DNA of 63,752 bases, counting the filler, from Pirum gemmata (Eukaryota), in assembly GCA_002812295.1 (NCBI GenBank). It is 26 parts of 26 records of this genome, joined end to end, with 100 filler letters (N's around TTAATTAATTAA, not from the genome) between each part and the next. Parts side by side here need not be neighbours in the genome. Positions count along the whole stretch, not along the records: positions 39,212 to 42,491 come from PDIN01007265.1; positions 42,592 to 44,826 come from PDIN01007266.1; positions 44,927 to 47,196 come from PDIN01007267.1; positions 47,297 to 49,577 come from PDIN01007268.1; positions 49,678 to 51,957 come from PDIN01007269.1; 21 more parts are not named here. One strand, written 5' to 3'. The notes beneath the pieces are model-generated. The model was not told where the DNA came from. It saw nothing but the letters and a program-made list of their open reading frames with translations, and did not search any database. Made by a program: the position numbers and the translations under genes. This document shows, one piece after another, positions 39,435 through 49,709 of this stretch. Positions within the stretch are counted from its first letter, which is position 1. Each line of letters begins with the position of its first letter.

Positions 39435-39793
39435 ATTTTACACAACATATACCTTCTTCTTCTTCTTCGGTTATTTCTGACTCAGTGTTGTTGCTATCTT
39501 CAACATTAGTTACATCATTAGCAACGCCATTATCATAGGCGGGTGAGTAAAATTCGTTTTCCTCGTCAGCATTATTGTCATTATGATCTAAATCATGCTG
39601 TTCTAGGTGATGAGCGTTTGGTTGTTCGTGTTCGACTTGTACCCTTGACTCTTCTAAATCTAAATCTAAATTTCTTGACCGTTCATTCTCGTCTATTCTT
39701 TCAGCATTACCATTTCCATTAAAGGCGTTGTTCAATGCCTCTTCTTGATCATTGCTGCTGTCCATTTTTATTGTTGTTGTTATAAGTAGTTTT

Positions 39794-39834
<41 letters not shown>

Positions 39835-42299
39835 TTTGGATTTGGAAAACTGAATGAACACTTAACTCTAGCCCTAACTCTAGCTCTAACTCTAACCCTT
39901 ACTATAACCCCAACCCTTATTCTAACTCTAACCAAGCCTGACCCTATTACCTAGTGACATGGTGGTTTTCAGAATGGAATTTAGATTACCTTGTAAACGA
40001 GCGCCTGGGTCCCAAATACTCGTGAGAAGAGGGAAGGGAATAATCATAATTAAAAGTAGATTCGTCTTCTTGTATTTCATTGTGACCTGAATGTCGATAT
40101 CTCTCAACTAATCAACAACATAAAATAAAGAAAAATCATTAAAACAACAAAAATAAATAACGAAACACGCTACCACTAACCCTAACCCTAACCCTAACCC
40201 TAACCCTAACCCTAACCCTAACCCTAACCCTAACCCTGACTCTAACCCTGACCCTAATCTTAACCCTAATCTTAATCCTAACCCTAATCTTACTCTTAAT
40301 CTTAATCCTAACAAAAACGTGGGTAAATTTATGTACGATACCTTACTGGAAGATTACAAGCCAGCCAAAAAGAAAACTTAATAGGGTCTAAAGTAAAGGG
40401 TGAGGGTTAGAGTGAGGGTTAAATTAAGCATTAGAGGGGAGGGGAGGGGGGTAGAAATAGGGTTAGGGTTAGGGTTAGGGTTAGGGTTTGGGTAAAGGTT
40501 AAAGTTATAACGTCAAGATTAAGGTTAAGGTTAAGGTTAAGGTTAAGGTTAAGGTTAAGGTTAAGGTTAAGGTTAAGGTTAAGGTTAAGGTTAAGGTTAA
40601 GGTTAAGGTTAAGGTTAANNNNNNNNNNNNNNNNNNNNNNNNNNNNNNNNNNNNNNNNNNNNNNNNNNNNNNNNNNNNNNNNNNNNNNNNNNNNNNNNNN
40701 NNNNNNNNNNNNNNNNNNNNNNNNNNNNNNNNNNNNNNNNNNNNNNNNNNNNNGTTAAGGTTAAGGTTAAGGTTAAGGTTAAGGTTAAGGTTAAGGTTAA
40801 GGTTAAGGTTAAGGTTAAGGTTAAGGTTAAGGTTAAGGTTAAGGTTAAGGTTAAGGTTAGGATTAAGATTAAGGTTAAAGTTAAGGTCAAAGTTAAGGTT
40901 AAGGTTAAGGTTAAGGTTAAGGTTAAAATTAAGATTACGTGCAATACAACTCAACAACAAACTGGCATTATAACTTACCTACAGGTGGATTAGAATTTTT
41001 TGTTAGACCTGCCACTGTTGCAGCTTCCTTTGCTCTAAATATTCCATTTAAAACAATTAGCAAGAACTCTAACACTAACCCTAACACTAACCCTGACACT
41101 AACAACTCCAACCATAACCCTGGACCAAACCCTAACCCTAACCCTAACCCTAAACCCAAACCTAACTCTAATCTTAACCCTAATCATTAATGCTTACCCT
41201 AATCCTAACCCTAATTCTAACCCTAATTCTAACCTTAACGTTAACCTTAACTCACCTTAACTAACCCTAACTCTAACCCTAACCCTAACCCTAACCCTAA
41301 CCCTAACCCTAACCCTAACCCTAACCCTAACATAGGAATGATGATAATAAATGGTTGAAACTGTCACTAACTTTTCAAACAATTTTTTTTCATTAAGCAT
41401 TTCGTAGAACCAACTCGGCCAAGTTCTTCCATCTGTGCCATTACAGAAAACAATTAAGGTTAGGGTTAGCATTAGGGTTAGGATTAGGGTTAGCATTGGT
41501 TAGGGTTAGCGTTAGCGTTAGGATTAGGGTTAGCGTTAGCGTTAGAATCAGGATTAGGGTGAGGGTGAGGGTTAGGGTTATGGTCAAGATTATGGTCAAG
41601 GTCAGGGTTAAGGTTAGGGTCAAGGTCAGGCTCAGGGTTAAGGTTAGGGTTAGGTTAGGGTATGGGTTAAGTACGAGTCTTTTGCAATACGGGGGTTGCT
41701 GAGTTTAAAGGTTTAATAATTAGAGGTAACATATTTGTTAAGCTACATAGATGTTAGGATCAGGGTCAGAATAAGGATTAGGATTAGGATTAGGGGTAGA
41801 GTTAGGACTAGGATTAGGGGTTAGAAATAGGGCTTACAATTAGTATTAGGATTTGGGATTACAGGTCAAATGTTTAGATTTTGACTGTGGTAGGCTTTTA
41901 AGATTTGGAAGAGGGTAGAAAGGCCTGGAAGAGGTTAGGAGGATTAGGGTTAGGTGTTGGTGGTCATAATTAGGTGGTGGGTTTTATAGTTAGGTGTTGG
42001 GTTTTATATTTAGGTGTTGGGTTTTATAGTTAGGTGTTGAGGGTTAGAGTTAGGGTTAGGGCTGGGTTGGGGTTTTAGGGCTAGGGCTTTAGGGTTAAGG
42101 TTAGATTTTGTAATTAGTGTTATGGTTAGCTGTTTGAGGTTAGGGTTGGGATTTACATACATTGTGTCATTTTTAAATCCCCCGCATTTACGAAGGGAAA
42201 CCTTAAAGAATCTCCGTTTCCTAAAATAACAATTGCTTTTACTTCAAAAGCAGCGGGTACGGTCGACTGTTTCAGAACTTTAAACCTTTGCTTTCCTCT
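39435..42299 (-). CDS. CRBN: Cereblon homologue (Lon-like domain through the first Zn CxxC of the CULT domain), partial at both ends. Exons 42299-42161, 41432-41372, 41034-40979, 40387-~40345, ~40105-39990 (ends uncertain) and ~39760-39435.
   Basis: The first three junctions are phase-compatible. They give RGKQRFKVL, TWPSWFYEMLN, NPPVDPIKFSFWLACNLP, then SIWDPGARLQ and GICCVK(C). The order matches the human CRBN motifs as recalled (GRQRFKVL, SWPRWLYSLYD, SNPIDFSYRVAACLP, AIQRL, SLCCKQC). The last two junctions could not be resolved. Confidence 0.8.
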
Positions 42300-44632
42300 C
42301 TGTAAATTTTCGTTAGGGCTGGGGTTAGGGTTAGGTTTGTGGTTGTGGTTGTGGTTGCGGTTGTGGTTGTGGTTGCGGTTGCGGTTGGTGTTGGGGTTGT
42401 GGCTAGGGTTAGGGTTAGGGTTTAATGTTGGTTGAGTGAATTCAAGACCCATATTTTCAATTCATTTTTTTCGAGATAATAATAATAATAANNNNNNNNN
42501 NNNNNNNNNNNNNNNNNNNNNNNNNNNNNNNNNNNTTAATTAATTAANNNNNNNNNNNNNNNNNNNNNNNNNNNNNNNNNNNNNNNNNNNNATAACAATA
42601 ACAATAACAATAACAATAACAACAATTACAATAACAATAAATATTAATGCCAATAACAACAATAATAATAATAGCAACAATAACATCAATAATAACAACA
42701 ATACTAACAATAACAATAACAATAACAATATCAATATCAATAATAATAATAATAACAATTATTAATATTTACTTTTGCGTTTCACCAGAATTTTCAATTT
42801 TCGAATATAAGTAGTATAATAGTATTTTAATTAAATAGATTTGAAATTTTGAAACATAAAAAAAGAAATAGATGTGGAAATTTAATTAATAAAAAAAGAT
42901 GGGTGTTTTTAGAATAGTTGCATCATACACAATACATTTCAAACAAAAAACTCGAATGGCTTACATCCAATAAGCAGAAATTCGAGTTTTCGGCTCGAAC
43001 AAAATGTTTAAAAAAATCGAGTTTTCAAGCCTATTCATTAGTTAAATAAGTTTGAAAATTTTTTAAGCTAACAGACTCTAATTCAAGTATATTTATTTAT
43101 TTATAAACCCGAAAAAATGAAAAAAATAATTTTCGAACAGGGCTGAATGGCAGAAATTCGAATTTTCGGGCTCGAGCAAAATATTTAAAAAAATCGAGTT
43201 TTCGAGCCTATTCATTAGTTAAATAAGTTCGAAAATTTTAAGCTAACAGACTCTAATTCAAGTATCGAACAGGGCTGAATAGCAGAAATTCGAGTTTTCG
43301 GGCTCGAGCAAAATATTTAAAAAAATCGAGTTTTCGAGCCTATTCATTAGTTAAATAAGTTCGAAANACAGGGCTGAATAGCAGAAATTCGAGTTTTCGG
43401 GCTCGAGCAAAATATTTAAAAAAATCGAGTTTTCGAGCCTATTCATTAGTTAAATAAGTTCGAAAATTTTAAGCTAACAGACTCAATTCAAGTATCGAAC
43501 AGGGCTGAATAGCAGAAATTCGAGTTTTCGGGCTCGAGAAAATATTTAAAAAAATCGAGTTTTCGAGCCTATTCATTAGTTAAATAAGTTCGAAAAATTT
43601 TTAAAGCTAACAGACTCTAATAATTCAAGTATATTTATTTATTTATAAACCCGAAAAAAGGAAAAAAATAATTTTCGAACAGGGCTGAATAGCAGAAATT
43701 TGAGTTTTCGGGCTGGCTCGAGTAGAATAGGGAGAGGCTTACATCCAATGTATATAAGGAAAAAACCAAAATGTAAACATCCACTAATAAACACTCACAG
43801 TTACATAAATTTTAACTATAACAACCAAATATGCTAATTTCTTTTGCTTAGTTTCGAACCAATAAAAAAGCGAAATTACTTTAAAATTTCGGTGATTGGA
43901 GCTTTGCTATGTTTACATTCTGGAAGTAGCAAAAAATAGTAGGGGTGGGATATTCTACTGGAACTTTTTCCGAACATATGTTTATCGAGCCAACTTTAGT
44001 TCCGTGTTTCTTACTAATAATAACAGTTAAATAGCTTAAAATAGTAAATCTAATTATAGTAGATACCAATTAAAGTAATACTATTAACATTAATAGTAAT
44101 AAACCATAAAAATCGGAAAAGTTCCGGCAGCTGTTCGGTAATAATAAAATGACAAAAAATTATTCTGTGCGAGTGTGCGCCGAGTGCTAACTCGAAACGA
44201 ATTTCGGGTGTCAAAAAAAAAGCCAAAATTCAGGTCTGTTCGAAAATTATTTTTCCCATTTTTTTCGGGTTTATAAATAATAAATATATTTGAATACTTA
44301 ATTGTAAGCTTAAAATTTCGAACTTATTTGATTTATAAATAGGCTTGAAAACTCAATTTTTTTTTTTTTTTAAAAAGAGAAGAATTGGTACCAAGTGCAA
44401 GTCTAATAACTAAACACTTTCGAGCAAGTCTCGCTAAACTTTTTCGAGTTTTTTTTTTTTTAAACTAGCCAAATTATTTTTAAAAACTAGTTGTTGGTTC
44501 ATAATAGAGTTTTTTCAGTTACACGATTTATCAAAAATTGGTAGCACTTTGATTAAAATTGGACTGTTTTGATATTTTTGGATTTTTGAAATCATATGGG
44601 ATGTCCCCATTTTTATCCGGTTTGATAGTTAA

Positions 44633-44666
<34 letters not shown>

Positions 44667-44984
44667 TTTTTGAATTAGAGATATTGTTAGAGTTAAGAGT
44701 ACGTAGAAGTAGAAGTAGTGGATGGGGATAACATTAGCATTAATACATTAATACTAATAATAGAATGTTGAAGAAGTGGTAATATAATTTATTTATTTTA
44801 TTTATTTTATTTATTTTATTTATTTTNNNNNNNNNNNNNNNNNNNNNNNNNNNNNNNNNNNNNNNNNNNNTTAATTAATTAANNNNNNNNNNNNNNNNNN
44901 NNNNNNNNNNNNNNNNNNNNNNNNNNTATTATTATTATTATTATTATTATTATTGATAGTATTATTATTATTATCTTTATTAGA

Positions 44985-46200
44985 TGAAAATAAAAGATTA
45001 ATTAAAAATAGATATAGATAATAATAAAAAAAAGATAGAAATTAAAGAAAAAATTGAAAATAGTTTAGAACAAAATAAAGAAATTGAAGATCAAAATAAA
45101 AAAAATTGGTCTAAAAATTATAGAAATGCATCTAAGTGTGATGTCGTAGATAATATTTTATATTATAAAGGCGGGATTTTCGGAAAGAAACTATATGTTC
45201 CAGAATCAATGAGAAATGAATTTTTGTATAATATGCATGAGTCTAAAACTAGTCAACATTTAGGACAGAATTATACTTATTATAAATTATCAAAAAGATA
45301 TAATTAGCCTGGCAAGAATAAAGATGTAATTGAACATGTAAAAACATGTATAAAATGCAATGCAAGGAATGAAAATAGAAAAAACAAAAGACAAATGATT
45401 ATACATTATCATGACACAGAGCAACTTTTTGATATAGTGATCATAGTCTAGATGTATATGGGAAATTTAAAAAAATCAAAAAATGGAAATAATTTTATTA
45501 TAACTTTTACTTGTGCTTATAGCAGATGGGTAGAAACTTTCCCTGTAAAAGACGCAAAAGCTCATACAGTAGCTGAAATTTTAACCAAAAATATATTATT
45601 AATTAAGGTACGGGCCTGCTAGAATTTTACAAAGTGATCGGGGAAAAAACTTTCTCTCAGAAACCATTAAGGAGGTTTGTAAATTGTTCAATATAAAAAC
45701 AAAGTAGATACTAGTTCATATCATCCACAATCAAATGCTTTATTAGAGAGGATTCATCAAGATTTTAATAATATGATTAGCAAATATATTAATGATGATC
45801 ACAATGATTGGGATGACATAATACAAAAGGTATTATGGGCTCACCGAACAAAAAGAAACGCTGGTAGAGGTTTTAGCCCTTATGAAATCGTTTATGGACG
45901 ATGGGCGGAAACATTTCCAGATATTACTTTTTATAAATTTGAAGGTTTAAAGAAAGATACTATAGCTATTATAAAAAGTTTAGTACGAAGAAAGAAAAAA
46001 ATGAATGAAATAATGGAAGAAACCCAAAATGAATTTATTGAAAATTCTTCAAAAAAATCATTGCCTAATATTAATCCAGTAAAAGAATTTGAAGTAGGTG
46101 ATTTATGTTTTGTTCGTAACAAATTGTATGATCATGATGGTAATATACGTCAAAAAAATTTCAATTTCGATTTGATGGACCTATGGAGATTGTAAAAAAA
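44985..46200 (+). pseudogene. Decayed retroviral-type integrase (H2C2 zinc finger, rve DDE core, GPY/F) of a Ty3/Gypsy or Ginger-like element
   Basis: KLYVPESMRNEFLYNMHESKTSQHLG...YN*PG...CIKC, then LDVYG, YSRWVETFP, LQSDRGKNF, SSYHPQSNALLER, GFSPYEIVYGR and FDGPMEIV. There is an in-frame TAG at ~45305 and several frameshifts. Confidence 0.9.
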
Positions 46201-48058
46201 ATTCATATCAATTAATAACAAGATTTATTTTATATTATTTATGATTATTGTTAGAAAAATCAGTTAATTAAGTAAAATATCAATTAATAACAAGATTTAT
46301 TTTATATTATTTATTAATATAGCATAGATTGTTATGTGGTTTTATATTATTTTAATTAACAATAAATAAGATGTGGTTTTAAATTATGAATAAGTTACAT
46401 AATATTATATATTATTTTGTATTATTTATTTTAATTAAATATGAATATGTAACTGGTACACGTTTCACAATTTGAATATCATATGATAACAAACATTAAC
46501 AATTGCCATCATCTCCTAATAATAAATATTGAAGTAATATTTTGACCTTTTTCACAAGTTTAAAAAATAGCAACAGTGGCAATAAATTTTTTTTTTATAT
46601 CATTATCATATGAATATAAAAATTATAAATATCACTACTAGCTAGCTAGCTACTAGAGTTCATTTTTGCAATTTTTTGAAACAGAACAGAGTTTTTTTAG
46701 TAGGGGTGAGATGACGTCATTTTATTATTACCGAGCAGCTGCTGGAACTTTTCCGATTTTATGGTTGTTATTACTATTAATGTTAATTTTATTGCTTTAA
46801 TTAGTATCTACTATAATTAGATTTATTATTTAAGTTATTTAACTACTATTATTAGTAAGGAACACGGAACTAAGGTTGGCTCNGGTTGGCTCGATAAGCA
46901 TCTGTTCGAAAAAAGTTCCAGTAGATATCTCACCCCTACTGTTTTTTTCTAAGCAAAAAACTCATTTTAAAAAAATAATATTATGATAATACGTAACGCC
47001 AATTTCCGGTCAAGTACAGCTTCAAATACCCCTACTTACCTACTCCTTGACGTTAATTTTCTGGTCAAATACCACCTACCGACCTACCCCTTGACGTGGC
47101 TTATTATTTGAACGCTCCCCTATATGGAAAAAGATTCATAAAATACCGCCATTTTTTCTATAATAGATATTTTTTTCTGCGTTTTTTTTTTTTTTTNNNN
47201 NNNNNNNNNNNNNNNNNNNNNNNNNNNNNNNNNNNNNNNNTTAATTAATTAANNNNNNNNNNNNNNNNNNNNNNNNNNNNNNNNNNNNNNNNNNNNTATT
47301 ATTATTATTATTATTTTGTTATTATTATTATTACTTTAAATTATTATTATTATTATAACTTTTTATTAATTAAATTAAAAGTCAAGAAAATATCAAAGTC
47401 TGAGCTATTTTTGATGTCACTATCATTCCCATACAAAAACAACAACTAAAAACAACATCTACAAAAACTAACCCAAAAAGATATATTAAAATAACCATAT
47501 TGATAAAAATTCAAAATAAGTAATTTACATAATATATTATACTCTGTTATTATTATTAATATTCCATTATTATCATTAATTATTTAGAGTTAGAGTTAGA
47601 GTTAGAGTTATAATTAGAGTTAGGGTTAGGGTTAGGGTTAGGGTTAGGGTTAGGGTTAGGGTTAGGGTTAGGGTTAGGATAAGGTTAGGTTAGGTTAGGT
47701 TGTACATGACATTGTATTGTATGATATAAATCAGGTTTTTAATTTTAAGGTGTTGGGGGGGGGTTAAGGTTAGGGTTAGGGTTAGGGTTAGGATTCCTGG
47801 TTCTTAGAGTCCCTTTAGAAGTTTAGAGTCAAGGGTCTTATCAAATTAATACAATATAAATCCATTTCATTTAATTTGGTATATTTTATTATCTATTTAT
47901 TCATTTAAAAATGTCAATTTAAATATTATAACCCTCCAAATAAGTATTCAGAATGACAAAATAAATGAAAAGCACGATATAAATAATAGGGTTAGGGATA
48001 GGTATTGGTGCAGTACAAGACTACAAGTTTACGATTAAAAAATACTCCATAATCATAC

Positions 48059-48333
48059 TAGACTTCTCCGAATTCTGCCCCTAAAACTCGACTTTCTGCT
48101 TCTGCCTTCTGCCCCGAAAAGCTCGATTCCTGCCGAGCAGAATTTCTGGTCTGTTTGGCCTGTTCGAAATTAATATTTTCAAGTTTATTAATAAATACAT
48201 AAGTTCGTAAATTTCGAGTTTATATTTTTATAGTAGTAGAATCAATCTCTGATCGAGTTAGAGAGGAAAAACACCATTTTGTCATTTCTTGAAAAAGGCC
48301 AAATTCTGCCCGGGCAGAATTCGGAGAAGTCTA
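48059..48333. mobile_element. hAT-type MITE family C (275 bp), related to family B
   Basis: Perfect 22-bp TIR TAGACTTCTCCGAATTCTGCCC and perfect 8-bp TSD AATCATAC (48051-48058 and 48334-48341). Confidence 0.93.
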
Positions 48334-49273
48334 AATCATACTGTCCATTCATATTACTGTATACCGTATTAGGGATTTACAACATTTCTAATTTTAGTAA
48401 GTTTGAAATTAATAATAAACTTTGTTTTATTTACTTTTTTAAAACTTATAGTTGATTAGTTATATCTTTTTTAAAAAACAATTTGACCAATGATATTTCT
48501 TTTTTAAATTTGGTTGATACTGATTTTTTTTTTAAAAAAAAACTTTTTTTATTTTTATTTTTTATTTTATTTTTTTTTATTTTATTATGATATTTTTATT
48601 ATTATTATTTTTTTCATACCTCTATTTGTTTCCAAATTGGGGACAGTAGGGGTGAGATATCTGATATCTACTGGAACTTTTTTCGAACAGATGCTTATCG
48701 AGCCAACCTTAGTTCCGTGTTTTACTAATAATAGCAGTTAAATAGCTTAAAAAATAGTAATTTAATTATAATAGATACCAATTAAAGTAATAATATTAAC
48801 ATTAATAGTAACAAAACCATAAAAATCGGAAAAGTTCCGGCAGCTGTTCGGTAATAATAAAATGACGTCATCTCACCCCTATTTTATTATTATTATTATT
48901 TTTTATATAACTTTGTTTCCAAAATTGGAGGCACTCACAATTTGCTGCACCACTACTAGACTAGTAGCAAACTTGTATCATAGCAAGCAAAATAAGCAAA
49001 ATAAGCAAAATAATCGAAAGAATGTAAAAAAAATTGCTGTAAAATAAAATACAACAAATCAGAATCACTACTTGTAATACCTAAAATTTTGAAGCCATTG
49101 GATGAGTAGTACTGAACTAGTACTGAGCCAGTTAAATAAAAATAGAACACCATTCCTGACAGTATTCCTTACTTACGCTAGCAAATAGTAAACGACCACC
49201 AAATTCTCTCCAATTTTGAAGTTTGAACATTTTCAAAATTCAAATTTGAGAAAATAGTAAATTAATTATACAC

Positions 49274-49437
49274 TATGTGGTACATTGCGTCTAAGAATCC
49301 CCAACTTTTTGGGACTTAGTAATAATAATATTTTATTTCGAATATATAAATTTAGTATGTTTGAAATGTTCAAGCCACTAGAAAAAATTTGGCCACTTTT
49401 CAAAAGTTGGTAAATGTTAGGCGTATTGCACCATATA
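49274..49437. mobile_element. Old TA-flanked MITE-like element
   Basis: Degenerate inverted ends TATGTGGTACATTGCGTCTAA and TTAGGCGTATTGCACCATATA. Confidence 0.45.
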
Positions 49438-49493
49438 TAATATGTAATATATAATGAATTTTAAATATTATATGATCATACATTGTATTATGT

Positions 49494-49561
<68 letters not shown>

Positions 49562-49709
49562 ATAATAATAATAATAANNNNNNNNNNNNNNNNNNNNNNN
49601 NNNNNNNNNNNNNNNNNNNNNTTAATTAATTAANNNNNNNNNNNNNNNNNNNNNNNNNNNNNNNNNNNNNNNNNNNNATAATAAGATAATAATGATAATA
49701 ATATAATGA

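Noticed and set aside
42971..43741. CRISPR-like repeat array (also the 19-bp repeats at 29232-29285 and 26-bp repeats at 33601-33660)
   Set aside because: No unique spacers, no cas genes and a eukaryotic context. The 43-kb units derive from a MITE.
45300..45312. In-frame TAG/TAA in the integrase and the 62-kb region as evidence of stop-codon reassignment
   Set aside because: These regions also have frameshifts. The ~600-codon exons have no in-frame stops, Gln is encoded by CAA, and genes end at TAA (19217, 31288) or TGA (646).
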